Assembly: GCF_006345805.1 (NCBI RefSeq)
Contig: NC_042997.1
Coordinates: forward strand, 177,010,001-177,074,000
DNA length: 64,000 nucleotides
Origin: Octopus sinensis
Taxonomy: Eukaryota
Direction of reading: 5' to 3'
Of this stretch, positions 24,736 through 37,200 are shown piece after piece; the stretch's first letter is position 1, and each line of letters begins with the position of its first letter. The notes beneath the pieces were generated by a model. The model saw only the letters and a program-made list of their open reading frames with translations, was not told where the DNA came from and ran no database searches. The position numbers were made by a program, and so were the translations under genes.

Positions 24736-24860
24736 AGATTGAAAAGACACACAAGTTGATATATATGGAAAAAAAGTAAAGGTAGAAAATGCTAAAATAA
24801 TTTTATAAAAAAACATTTCCGTACCGGTTTCAGTCATTGAGACGTTTTCAACAGCAAGTA
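24730..24860 (-). mobile_element. PLE pLTR-like fragment with degenerate hammerhead motif, adjoining a large (TA)n
   Basis: Minus strand CTGTTGA-AAAC-GTC-TCAAT-GAC-T-GAAACCGGTA. Confidence 0.45.
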
Positions 24861-24996
24861 GGAAAACAATTAAATTTTGGAAAAATTAAAAGAAAAGTTC
24901 TTTAAAGGAATATTTGTATCGTAAGGGGCATTTTTCCTTGTTCCTGCCTGTCTCGTTTACTCTTTTGGGTTCGAGGTAGTTATGAATTCTTGGTAG

Positions 24997-25104
24997 GGAA
25001 GAAGAAGAAGAAGAAGAAGAAGAAGAAGAAGAAGAAGAAGAAGAAGAAGAAGAAGAAGAAGAAGAAGAAGAAGAAAAAGAAGAAGAAGAAGAAGAAGAAG
25101 AAGA
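24997..25104. repeat. (GAA)n microsatellite
   Basis: Direct reading. Confidence 0.95.
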
Positions 25105-25214
25105 ATGCGGCAATGTCATGATAGTAGTATGTTAAATGCTCAACAGCCCTGAAAGTGACCCGTTGTGGATGGTAGTAGTGATTGAATTCTTGAGACATCT
25201 CTTTTGAATGTTTT

Positions 25215-25385
25215 GTTTATAAAATTTGTGTAGGTGTTATTCTAAACAGCAATAGTGGTAAAGTTAGGAAGGAGTGTGTGCGTGTGTGCGTATGTGTGAG
25301 TGTGAGCGTATGAAAATGTATGTATGTATATGTATAAGTAAACAAGTATGTGCGTTGCATGGAGTGATGTGTTCTCCGTATTATT

Positions 25386-25417
<32 letters not shown>

Positions 25418-26478
25418 GAAGTGTGTGTATGTGTGGGAGTGTGTGAGGCTGTGCATAGTGTGCGTAATGCTTTCAGATGCATGTGTGTGTGTGTAAACGT
25501 ATGTGTGTTTGGGCGTATATGTGCGTATTGTAAGGGGATTCATGGAGGTGCGAAGTGGGAAGGAGAGACGAAAGGTAAGGGTTGGTATGTGTTTGGTACT
25601 AGTGTGTGTGGAGTGGAAAGGAGTGTGGGTGTGCCTGTGCATGTGCGTGTGAGTGGGTGTATGTGTTTGCATAATGGTGTGTGTGATGTGGGTACTGAGT
25701 TAAACGGTGTACAGGTGTGGGGATGAAGAAGGACGGCAAATGGAAGAGGTGTGAGTGAATGTGTGTAGGGGTGGGTTTAGATGAAGAAGAGTGACAAATT
25801 TAGACAATTAGGAATATAAAAATGGAGGGAATCAATTCTTGCTCTCGACGGAGGCAGGAGTCTGGGTAGCCTCTGTGTAGAGACAGTTCGAGACAGTGTA
25901 GAGACAGTTCGAACGAATGACCAGTCGAGCGGAAGCGGTGCGAGACCGAGGTGTTGTTGCCGAGTCTTTATGTCTGAAAATGTTTGGCGAACCCGTCGGC
26001 TAAACGTCATCCCGTTTGACCAACGTACAGGAAAAGACAGAAAGAGGAGATAAAGTAGATAACATTGCTTGAGGTGCTGGTAAATGAATCGGTGATCTGA
26101 TAGGGGTGATGGTGGGTATCAGTGTGGGTGGTGGTGTTTCAGAGGTAGGAGTAGGTGCGATAGCGTGAGCGAGGGCAAGGGAAGGAGCCAGGCTGGGTGC
26201 CAGGAGTGTAGAAGTAGTCACGGACCAGGTCAAATAGTATGTGGGCGTTTGAAGAAGAGAAAGACTCGTTTGGGGAAGATGCGGGAAGTGGAGGAGTCAG
26301 ATTGGAGGCAGATTGGAGTCGGCGGAAGGCCCGAAGATTGTTGGAGGGGTCAGGAGTGGAGAGGTAGTAAGTGACAGGGGGAAAAAGATGGGTAAAAATG
26401 AACTGGTGCACGGTCAACAGTTCGTGCACGGGCGAGAGCAGTTTGCATAACGGTGAGGGGGTATCCACGTAGCGTAAA
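25215..26478 (-). mobile_element. Decayed Neptune-type Penelope remnant (thumb, Zn linker, GIY-YIG, CA-rich 3' region)
   Basis: Minus-strand peptides across stops: RGYPLTVMQTALARAR, GSFPCPRSRYRTYSYL, DSFTSTSSNVIYFI...LYVGQTG, HFRSTGHS, RREQELI. Confidence 0.8.
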
Positions 26479-26526
26479 CTGGCGGTTCATGAAATGACAA
26501 ATATATATTTGTATATGTTTCTACTT

Positions 26527-26722
26527 TTGGCACAAGACCAGCAATTTCGGCGGAGTGGGTAAGTCAATTACATTGACCCCAGTACACAACTGGTACTTGT
26601 TTTATCGATCCTGAAAGGATTAAAGGCAAAGTGGACCTCAGCGGAATTTCAACTCAGAACGTAAAGACGGACGGAATATCGCTAAGTATTTTACTCGAGG
26701 TGCTAATGATTCCGCCCGCTAG
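26527..26722 (-). mobile_element. SINE family A (B-type tail)
   Basis: Reverse complement of head, B box and central module. Confidence 0.85.
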
Positions 26723-26727
26723 TGCAA

Positions 26728-26768
<41 letters not shown>

Positions 26769-26801
26769 CATACATAACACCTCAACACACATCACAAGAA
26801 C

Positions 26802-26842
<41 letters not shown>

Positions 26843-26849
26843 GGAAGAG

Positions 26850-26881
<32 letters not shown>

Positions 26882-27034
26882 GAAACAGACTCGGGCACTT
26901 GCGCACGAAGCGCGCACATGCATGGATGCTAAAAAATCACGGTGTGCTTGCACAATGTGGATGAGTGCACATATTACATATCGTTTGCATGTACGTGCAT
27001 GTTCGCATGTGTATAGCCAAATAGTTAAAAAAAT

Positions 27035-27135
27035 TCGCCTCACAGCTACAAGGTCCCGGGTTCGATCCCACTGCATGGCGTCGGGGCAAGTGTAATTTTC
27101 TATGGCCTCGAATCGACCATTACCTTGTGAATGTC
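27035..27135 (+). mobile_element. Diverged CORE-SINE head
   Basis: GGTCCCGGGTTCGATCCCACTGCATGGCGTCGGGGCAAGTG. Confidence 0.6.
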
Positions 27136-27541
27136 ATGGGATTGGCGGACAATACATCGAAGCCTATTGGGTCAATTGTACCCTGTTATAAAAATAATAC
27201 ACCCTTGTTACATACTGTGTTACGCAGATTCAGCCGGAAAATTATGTTGAGTGTACGCAAGTTGCTCAGTCATTCTATCGTTAATTCAAGAACAAATAAT
27301 CACTCGTCGTTGAATGTGACGGAAACCGTTTATGCATGTATGCGATTGCACAGGTACTGTGTGGAGGTTTGAAGCGGCACTTGAACATTCATAATAAACA
27401 AGCGGAAAATAGAACCAGTGCTAAAATGAGACGTTGCTGCAGTATATGTGATCAAGATTTTCAGGGCCCAAAAGTAATTTAAGACCTCATACTAAGAAAG
27501 AGCAATTATAGGTACAAGAAGAAGTCAAGCTCCACAAGGAG

Positions 27542-27601
<60 letters not shown>

Positions 27602-27683
27602 GTCTACAAATAAGATCCAGAGATTCTCAGTAGTGGTGCTTAAATGATTCAAGCTTAAACACTGATGGGTTTCAATTTTTAAT

Positions 27684-28246
27684 AACTTCCTTAACTTTAC
27701 AAATAAATTCATGAAATTTGATACAATATAAAGGACATAATGGAAATTAATTTGCACAAGTCAAATTTTGCAATACCACTACATCACGTATGAAAAATGA
27801 CATCGCTTAAATGGCTGCCATTTTCGGCTTCGCACGTCCATTTTCTTTCCAAAACTTGCACCATAACACCCTCAAGAATTTCAGACCCCACTTCGCTGAT
27901 TTATCTATTGATGTTCTCCTTCAGTTGCACCATGGTCTCCGGTTTGTTGATGTAAACTCTCTCTTTCAGGTATTCCCACAAGAAAAAAATCACCCGGATT
28001 AGTAAAGTTTGGGGAACTTGAAGGCCAGTTGACATTGCCGTAGCGCGAGATTATTCTCTCTACAAAGCACTGGCGGTATGAGCAGTTGCCCCATCTTGCT
28101 GGGACCATGTGTGAGATCTTCTGCGATGTCATTTTTCATATGTTATGTAGTGGTGTTGCAAAATTTGACTTGTGCATATAAATTTCCATTATGTCCTTTA
28201 TACTGTATCAAAATTTCATGCATTTATTTGTAAAGTTAAGGAAGTT
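27684..28246 (-). mobile_element. Internally deleted Tc1/mariner derivative with ~123-bp inverted repeats
   Basis: IRs 27684-27806 / 28123-28246; minus-strand WSQQDGATAHTA, RIISRYGNVNWPSSSP, DFFL(W).YLKERVYINKP, GSHLSDVIFH. Confidence 0.85.
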
Positions 28247-28696
28247 TTTCAATAAATAAGCACTGCCTATAATATGAGACTAGCTCTGTTTTCAGTTAAA
28301 AGGAGTTGTCCGTGCTAAATTTGATTATTCTGTTCTCGGGAATGCAGGGATGTAGAGAGAGCAGAATTTAAAATGGATTTTCAGTTTTTTTTAGTTCTAA
28401 ACATGGTTGTCTATCTTCGTAGCCTAGTGTATAAGCTCATATAATTCTACCCATCTATCCATACGCACATACACAAACATACAAATGTACACACACACAC
28501 GCACACACATACATATATACACACGTATATGCATAAGGAATTCTCCAAAGTACTAAACATGCAGAATCTTGCATTGAACTTAAGCGAAAGTTTACATCAG
28601 TAATTATTAGCCTACACAACATCTTATTAGTTCATCATCATCATCGTCATTACCGTCATCATCATCGTCATTACCGTCATCATCATCATCATCATC

Positions 28697-28728
<32 letters not shown>

Positions 28729-28729
<1 letters not shown>

Positions 28730-30675
28730 TAGCAGAATTGCCCGGCGATGCTCGGGGCTGAATTGCTTGAAAGTACTGTTAATGATTGCACTGAATTATG
28801 ATGATTATTCAGGCAAATATTGATATAAGTTTACGGCGAATTAATGTATTTGTAAGTGTATAGAAAGCCGTGTAAAGGGGTTCCTAACCCCTCGTAGAAT
28901 GGTGTAAGAATTGAATGTGAGTCTGGGCGTTATGATTAAATTTGTTGTTGTATAAAATGATCTGTTGCTTAGTTTCCAAAGTGTATGTTGCGATCGTGTT
29001 GTCGCTTATGTAAACTTTAACAGTGAGAGTGTAGATGTAGGGGGTAGATGTGTCATGTACGTTGGATATAGAAGATGAGGCTGGTGGTTTGATGATGAAT
29101 GGATAGAAATAGAGGTGAGCGAAGGACAGGTGTTGGTTAAGTGTGAATTAATGTCATGAAACGCCTAAAAATGTAAATGCCATCATAAAAGAGAGTCGTA
29201 TGTAAGTGAAATACTAACGTGTTCTAAAATGATGAAACGTAATCCTATAAAACCTCCTTGTACACGATTTTTTTCGTTTTTCGTTGTGGAACGAATGCGA
29301 AAGCATCACTGTTGCTGTCGACACGCGAGCAGGCAACATAAAGCTGACCATGAGAGAAACATGGCTCTCCCAAATGTATTCCCGCCACAGACAGTGTTTG
29401 ACCCTGCGCTTTGTTAATTGACGTTGCGAAACATTGCCTTACTGGGAACTGGTATCTCCGAAATATGAAAGGTAGGTCTGCTCTTGATGGGAAAAGATGC
29501 ATCATAGGTATGAGCACAACGTTGCCTCGACCGCACCCTGTGATAATGGTGGCCTCAATCAGATTGGGAGATAAGGACTTAACGATGAAACGTGTGCCAT
29601 TGCATTGTTTTGGGGGAACCAAATTTCTAATGAGCATTATAGGGGCACCAACTTTAAGTTTGAGAATGTGTGGCGGTAGTCCGGGGGGCTCAAAGGAATT
29701 GAGTACCTCTATTGGATAGTTGATGACGTCCTCTGGGTCAGGAATTGTATCGATAGACTTATATACATAGACATCCCCAGGAATGAGTTTTAGCATTTCA
29801 TCATTAATATGGTGAAAAGTTTTATTCCTCGGGGTCAGAATAGCCCTTTGGCTAATCCAATCCATATTCTGATAATTAGCTTGTAGATCTGGGAACACTG
29901 CATCTCTTAGATCAGAAGGCGTTTTAACAATGGTACAAATGGAATCGATGGCAATATTACCATTTTCATCCCCTGGTATTTTGCCTTCGCCAAGTGCAAG
30001 GAGGGTGTGAGAAAATGCTGCTGATGTGATATCACGTCGCATATGAGCATGCATATTGGTGTGAAGTTTGAGAGTCTTCACCAGTGGCCACAATGTGGAT
30101 GACTTAAGACACGCACTTACTGCATCAGCTGTAGTCCCTTTGGGAATAACGGGAAGTGTTTGTCGGAAGTCCCCTGAAAGAAGAAGTGTTATGCCTCCCA
30201 TGGGAGCTAAAGAGTGTTTGATGTCTCTGAGAGATCTATCTAGTGTCTCAAGAGCACGTCTGTGGGCCATCGTGCATTCATCCCAAACGATAAGCTTGCA
30301 TCGTCTGAAGACTTCTGCCTGATCGGAGCTGTTACTGATGTTGCAAGTTGGTGTCTCAGTCTTCGCTAAGTCAATCGAGAGCTTGAAAGTGGAGTGAGCT
30401 GTCCTGCCGCTTGGCAACAAAGTAGCCGCAATTCCAGATGATGCCACAGCTAGGGCAATGCCTTGTGTTCGCCTAATCTCAGCCAATATTAATTTGTTGA
30501 CAAAAGTTTTCCCAGTGCCCCCAGGAGCGTCCAGGAAAAAAATCCCCCCAGCTTTGGCCCGGACTGAATTAACAGCGGAGTTGTAAGCGAACTTCTGTTC
30601 TGGAAGGAGCTTTGGCTCATTGTCGGCTATGTACTCGGCAAGCTCGTCAACATTAAAACATGTCTCACGCAGCAA
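28729..30675 (-). mobile_element. Helitron 3' portion (helicase plus canonical 3' end)
   Basis: Minus strand hairpin CCCGAGCATCGCCGGGC, AATTCTGCTAG|T into (TA)n; helicase ORF upstream. Confidence 0.9.
29245..30675 (-). CDS. Helitron RepHel PIF1-like SF1 helicase domain, 476-codon open frame, N-terminally truncated (no Rep domain, no ATG)
   Basis: DAPGGTGKT (Walker A), ASSGIAATLL, IVWDECTM, LSGDFRQTLPV, NGTR, QFPVRQCFATSINKAQGQT, HGQLYVACSRV. Confidence 0.9.
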   Translation of the reverse strand: MLRETCFNVDELAEYIADNEPKLLPEQKFAYNSAVNSVRAKAGGIFFLDAPGGTGKTFVNKLILAEIRRTQGIALAVASSGIAATLLPSGRTAHSTFKLSIDLAKTETPTCNISNSSDQAEVFRRCKLIVWDECTMAHRRALETLDRSLRDIKHSLAPMGGITLLLSGDFRQTLPVIPKGTTADAVSACLKSSTLWPLVKTLKLHTNMHAHMRRDITSAAFSHTLLALGEGKIPGDENGNIAIDSICTIVKTPSDLRDAVFPDLQANYQNMDWISQRAILTPRNKTFHHINDEMLKLIPGDVYVYKSIDTIPDPEDVINYPIEVLNSFEPPGLPPHILKLKVGAPIMLIRNLVPPKQCNGTRFIVKSLSPNLIEATIITGCGRGNVVLIPMMHLFPSRADLPFIFRRYQFPVRQCFATSINKAQGQTLSVAGIHLGEPCFSHGQLYVACSRVDSNSDAFAFVPQRKTKKIVYKEVL

Positions 30676-30699
30676 ATGTGAAGACAGTGTTTGTGCCTA

Positions 30700-30786
30700 C
30701 ACATGCCAAGTCACCACACAGTGGGACTGAACCCAGGACCATGTGTTTGGAACGTAGTTTGTTACGACACAGCCACACCTGCCCCT
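30700..30786 (-). mobile_element. CORE-SINE head at the helicase truncation point
   Basis: CACACAGTGGGACTGAACCCAGGACCATGTG...CACAGCCACACCTGCCCC. Confidence 0.75.
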
Positions 30787-31619
30787 ATGTATGTGTGTGT
30801 GTGCGTATGTGTGTATGGGTAGATATATTATGCATGTATATATGTGTATATATATATGTGTACATATTACATGTACATCTATATATATACATCTACACAT
30901 AAAATACAAAATACTAAGTTATATCTTGATATCGCTAGTGATAACAATACTCAAAATATATAACAGACTGGAATTGTAGGCCTGTCTCTTGCAATTTCGA
31001 TCAATTGGATCTTGTCCTCCCTCTTGTATAGAAGTGTACGGCTGCAGCGAAATTCATTTTTGGACTTTCTTCTATCGAAGGCATTTTAACAAAAATGCTT
31101 CCGTAAAGACGGTGAAAATATTGTCAATTTCCCCAAACAGGGACACAATTCAATTTTTAAACAATAACCAAAGCCCCTTCTCCGAAAGGGGGAGGGTTAC
31201 GGTTTACAATTATTTAACAAATGCAACACAACAACGTTTCCCTGACGAGGAACCAACAAACGTGATTACAATAGTCAAACAGTAATAATAATAACAACAA
31301 ACTTTTTAATTTTTCCCATTTATGTGAAACCACTTATTCAAGTTCAAGTCATTGATGCAATTTTATACGAATTGCTAATACACACACACACACACACCAC
31401 ACACACGCACACACATAATAAGGGTGAAAAATTGAATATTAATTTGATTAATATGAATTGAAAACCAGTGGTGTAGCATATAAGACCATAGCGGATCTTC
31501 CTCTAGCAAAAAGGATGACCAGTATTAATGGCTCATCTCTGTTATATAAACACTTTCACTTTAATAGTTTCACACTTGCAAAGAGAAAGTAGGAGAAATT
31601 GTGGTGGTAATAGCAGGAG

Positions 31620-31850
31620 TAAACCACTTGAAATCAGAGAGGTAAATCGTAAAATATTGAGTTTTCTCGAATTTTTGCTTAATTGGGGATCAAATTGAAA
31701 AAACTTTGCATGCCATGACCCAATCGAATCTACTTGGAAAAATCATAGGTAAATTCCAATTGAAGAAATTCTATATTGTAGAATTGTATTAAAAATAAAC
31801 ATGGGAACAGGCAGAGAAAATCTGCCTTTTATCATAAAGATCATAAGAGA
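31620..31850 (-). mobile_element. Possible Helitron 5' terminus
   Basis: Minus strand A|TC(T/TT)TTATGATAAAAGGCAGATTTTCTCTGCC resembles a TC-start Helitron end; no matching 3' end adjacent. Confidence 0.3.
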
Positions 31851-31861
31851 TATATATTATC

Positions 31862-32132
31862 ACGGTATCGACCAGACTATCGCATATTGTTGGACATTGC
31901 TGGTCACAATGCGCTTTGCATTGATTTTAGCTTTCGAATGAGACCCTGGTCAACATTCCTCCTGAACGTATCCCCTGTCCCTTCAGGGTTACCCATTTAC
32001 AGCTGAGTGGGCTGGAGCATCATGAAATGAGGAGTTTTTACTCAAGATGGTATTGCACAGCCTGTCTGGGAATCGAAACAAGGTTCATGCGATCGTAAAT
32101 GCAACACTGTCGTTACTAGGCCATGCATTTTC
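31862..32132 (-). mobile_element. tRNA SINE with Deu/Nin-like domain
   Basis: Minus strand GCATGGCCTAGTAAC...GTTTCGATTCCC...GCTCCAGCCCACTCAGCTGTAAATGGGTAA. Confidence 0.65.
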
Positions 32133-32203
32133 ACACACACACACACACATACACACACACGCGCACACCACACACACACACACACGCACACACACACGCA
32201 CAC

Positions 32204-32241
<38 letters not shown>

Positions 32242-32471
32242 TTATAGAGGGCCCGTGAGAGAAATTTTAATGTGTACCAAACTGCTTCGTAAACCTGGCA
32301 GAGTTAGGAGGGTCGTCTGTAAATTCGATTTTTGTATATATCTTTTAAGAGAGAAAGACAGAGAGGGAGAGAGAGAGAGAGAGAGAGGGAAATAAGAGAG
32401 ACAGAGAGACAGACAGTAACGGGCCGATTCGTTGACTACGGCTTATTGACTGATAGACAGGCTGAACTTAA

Positions 32472-32551
<80 letters not shown>

Positions 32552-32726
32552 ATTTATCTGTAATATAATATGCGATAATTATTCGGTTGCCATTATAAAA
32601 TTCCGAGTTTCAGATGTCGAGGCGGAAATCCCCACACACCTATATGTATACATATATATGCAACCATACACATGTACACATATACATACCCGCACATACG
32701 CACATACACACAAACACACACACACA

Positions 32727-32799
<73 letters not shown>

Positions 32800-32829
32800 A
32801 TATGCGCACAAATATGTTCATATACACGT

Positions 32830-33350
32830 CTATATACGCACATGCACAAAAATGCAGGGCGAAAGGTGAAATACGGAAAAATATGTAAAAATTATATTAA
32901 GCAATAAAAATATATAAAAATATATATTTGAAAAATAGAGAGAGATAAAATGCTTGTACGTGGACACCATATAAAAAGCAGGTTCTCTCTGTGATCTTTG
33001 GGGGGAAGACCAAAAACGTAACAAATATTCAGCGATGTATGGACATGATCCAAAAAGTTCAGTTCTTGAACATAGACATGTAGCGGTGTCTAAGCTGCTC
33101 TTGCAGATGAGCCTTATTTTCAAATCACAAAGACCGCATTTTCCACTGCCGTTGGTGTAAAGCTTACACTTGGCTAAGATCTTCCGATGGATGTTGTAAC
33201 TGACACCTTTTTCTTTTAAGGATCATATATAACTGGATAATTTGGTCGTTTTTCTTTTATCTTAGCGTCTGAAGCTCAAGGTCTGATTGTTGAACCTGGT
33301 TTTAAAATTCCCCTCTGTGAGACCCACATATGTTTTTGACGAACCTATGT
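32830..33350 (-). mobile_element. Penelope-like GIY-YIG C-terminal remnant (distinct lineage with terminal CxLC...C motif)
   Basis: KTYVGLTEGNFKTRFNNQTLSFR*..TTKLSSYI*SLKEKGVSYNIHRKILAKCKLYTNGSGKCGLCDLK...RTELFGSCPY...YLL. Confidence 0.8.
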
Positions 33351-33374
33351 CCTTAGTGGTTGTATATATATATA

Positions 33375-33590
33375 TTATATATATTTTATCCAAGGGAAAC
33401 AAAAAAACAACAAAACAGGAACATTACAGTATATTATTAATAGCGCTCAGGAGAGGAAGCAGGGAGGATGACGTTCGAGCGGAGCATTCGTCGGAAACAT
33501 AAGAGGAAGAGAGAGGAAAGAAGATCCCCGAGCGGGCAACAGGGAAAGAGAAAAAAGACGACTGGTGTTTACGAGTTGCACATGGTGAAA
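33375..33590 (-). mobile_element. Diverged copy of the PLE-type hammerhead mini-element
   Basis: Minus strand CCGACGAATGCTCCGCTCGAACGTCATCC...CCTGAGCGCT aligns to 54659-54710. Confidence 0.6.
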
Positions 33591-33793
33591 GCGGATGTTG
33601 ACGATACAGAGCAAGTGGGTTTTAAAGGCATATATATATATGCATATATATATTCATATATATATATATATATGCATATATATATATTCATATATATATA
33701 TATGCATATATATATACATATATATTATATGCATATATATAATATATATATATATTATACATATAATGCATATATATATACATATATATATGG

Positions 33794-33826
<33 letters not shown>

Positions 33827-34044
33827 ATCTATATATATATATATTATATATACATATACATATACAAACCTATATATATATATAATATTATATATATAAA
33901 TCAATGATTTCTTGCTTTTTTCATAACGCGGGTTGCACAAATAAAATCATGTTTAACTTACTGTCGGAAGACAAACATTTCATGAATATGACATAAATGA
34001 TGATGATGATGATGATGATGATGATTATAATAATTTCAAATTTC

Positions 34045-34245
34045 TGCACAAAACTAGTAATTTCGGGGAAGGGCATTATCGATTACATCGACCCCCAGTG
34101 TTCAACTGAGACTTATTTTATCGACCCTGAAAGGATGCAAGGCAAAGTTGACCTCGGCGGTATTTGAACTCAAATCGTTAAGACGAATGAAGTACCAACG
34201 AGCAATTTGCCCAGCGTGCTAACGATTCCTCCAGCTTCCCGCCTT
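34045..34245 (-). mobile_element. SINE family A (B-type tail); short fragment also at 34455-34500
   Basis: Reverse complement of the central module and head. Confidence 0.85.
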
Positions 34246-34246
34246 G

Positions 34247-34277
<31 letters not shown>

Positions 34278-37200
34278 TGATGATGATGATACTGGGTGTT
34301 CTTATTTGCCTCAAGGGTAACGAAATAGTGGTGGTTGTCATGGTAGTGTTGGGGGCGGTATTATTACGACGTGCTGCAAATAGGCACAAGACCACACAAT
34401 TTGGCAGAGAGAAAAATCGATTATATCGATTTTAGTATCTGACAGGAAGGGAATAATGAAAGGCAAAGTTGACCTTGGCAAGGATCTGAACTCAAAAAGT
34501 ATTTCCGAACGCAACTTACAGACCTTGTTTTACTGCTTTTGCCACACAACAAACAAAACAAAACAAAACAAAGAAAGAAAGAAGCAAGCAAAACAAACTA
34601 ACAATATCAACAACTACTGCTGCAGCATCAAAAATATAACTAAGAGACGACGACACAATGAAAAGAAAAGTGAGTGGGAGGGGAAAGAGTGGGAGGAAAC
34701 CATCAAATAGCTAGGATGATCCAGCATCGGGCGATATCTGTGGGTTCGGCCACGACTAAGAAAAGCATAAAAGCAGTATGTTGCGTGTGTATGTCCAGTG
34801 AACTCGGTGGGAGAATCGATAGCGCGTAAACAAACATACGATATAGTGTAATATATATATATGTGTGTGTGTGTGTGTGCATATATCTATATATGCACAC
34901 ACATACACACAAATGTGTGTGTGTGTATGTATGCATATCTATATATGAATGAGTGAATAACACGTCTGAATTGTAGATGCGTATGCGTGTCTCCTCCGTC
35001 TTTCTCACTCTGTATGTGTGGGTGTATGTGTGTACATATGTGTGTGTGTGTGTGTGTGTGTGTGTATTAGTGTGATTAAGTGAGTGTGTGTACGTACATG
35101 TATATGCGTGTGGGTGTGTGTACATGTATATGCACGTGTGTATGTAAACTGTGTGTTTGGGTAGTGTCTACGCTCTACTCCCGCCAATAACATTGCTACT
35201 AGCAGCGCTACCACAGCCGTATAATAATAACACAACAAACAATGACGGTCGCTGCCTCCGACGTTACCACTAACCCTTTTAAAAATTGAACATCACCACC
35301 GACACCGTTACTAAAACAACTACTACAAGAGCTGCCACCACCTCCACCACTACAACAACAACAACTATAGCAATAATAATAATAACAACAATAATCAAAT
35401 AGTAACAATTATATATTGAGACAGCGCTAAAAGTAACACAACACTGTTAACTAATGATTAGCCGAACTTGAATCTGTTATTTACAAACAAAACCGTTTCC
35501 ATTCAAGCATGGACGTTATGCATGGCCTGCTACAACAGGACCTCTGTGTGCTATATATATAAATTGATGAAATCTAACAAGCACGAATGCACGAGTGTAC
35601 GCATGTATGCACATAAGCACACATACCTATATTCCATCACGGACTTATTCTTAAGTTTTTCCTATACTGTCTTAGTGTGTCTACGGAAAACCATAAGCCA
35701 AACATATGCAGTCGCACATATACATATATGCTAAGACATACACGTGTTCGAACCTACACATACAAATACGAACATACGCACGCACACACACAGACATATG
35801 CATGCAATACACGGCTTTTAACAAACAGACGGAGAAACAGATAATTTTACTGCACTAAATACTAAAAGTTTACACACACACACAGGCTCATACATTTGCA
35901 CACACACATACACACATGTTTGCACAAACACACATATACACTTTCGCACACATAGCTATTATACAACCGTCCACGCAAACATAGGTCGCACACAACACAT
36001 ACACCTACGTACACGTCCACACATAGAGAAAGATGTCTACATTAAAAACAAGCATTTATCTTCTCCCCTCTTTCGCTCCGGCTTAATTTTCGCTTGTCCG
36101 TCTGATTGAAAAGTAATGTGGAAGTAACGAAAAGAAACAAATAGTAATCATAACTATAATAATAATAACAATAATAATAGTAATAATAATAATAAACGAA
36201 GAGAGCAAAATGAACAGCTGGCAATGACTGCATCGTAAGTACAAACATTTAACACTCTAACTCCATAACGCGCGCGAGTATGAATGCGCGTGTGCGTGTG
36301 TCTGTGCGTGCGTGAGTGTAATTTTTCTTTTCTTTCTATCTTTCTTTCTATGTCTCTTTTCTTTTCTTTTCTTCTCTCATTGTTCTTCATTTGCAAATAT
36401 TGTTTGACGCAGACGATCATATCTCGTTCTTTTCTTTTTCCTTTTTTTTCTTCTTTTTTCCTTGTATTCTTTCCGTGAGTTAAATCCGCGTGGAATGTTT
36501 ATATCGTTTAATGGATATACACGGGCTGTTGGATAGCAAACATGCGATGTTCCTCGCGTCCCTTTAAAGTTCCGCGTTCAAACCTAGCCCGGGTTCTGCG
36601 GTACCTTTTAACCTTCCGGAGTTCGATACATACAAATACCAGTAAAAGACCGTGGTCGAGTGAATTCCATGGTTTTCTCCCCTATAAATTGTAGCTGCGT
36701 GTCAATATTATACAAAAATCAATATTAATAATAGCTAGCAAGGAAAGGCAGTCAAATAGTAGAATGAAAGGACAACATGCAAAATATCTTGCAGTATTAA
36801 TTTACACCCCCTTACGTTCCGTGTTCAAATCTCAGCCGTGGCAGACTTTATATATCATTTTGGTGCATTCGACGAAATAATTACCAGTTATATATTGCGG
36901 TTTGATTTAATTGGTAACAATCATCCGTCATAATTTGTGGTTTTGTGACCAATATAAAGAAGTTAATATCTTTGGTTGTTACTGATATTAGTCTTTAACT
37001 CGCGGGTTAACTCCGAATGAGCATATCTACGATTAAAAGCATTCCAGCCGTGAGAATAGCGTCATTTTTTTTTGTTCTTTTTCAGCCATAGCTTATTCAG
37101 GACTACCTCATGTAATGTGTTTTTTCCCCAACCCCTTAAAGACTGTAGAGACGCATGTTGGAAAAGATTTAACTGCTACTTCTAGCATGTCCAACGCTCG

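Noticed and set aside
29245-30675. Host PIF1 gene
   Set aside because: Intronless, no start codon, followed by a Helitron hairpin-CTAG end
35200-35410. Thr/Pro/Gln-rich low-complexity frame
   Set aside because: Degenerate (ACA/CCA/ATA)n with stops
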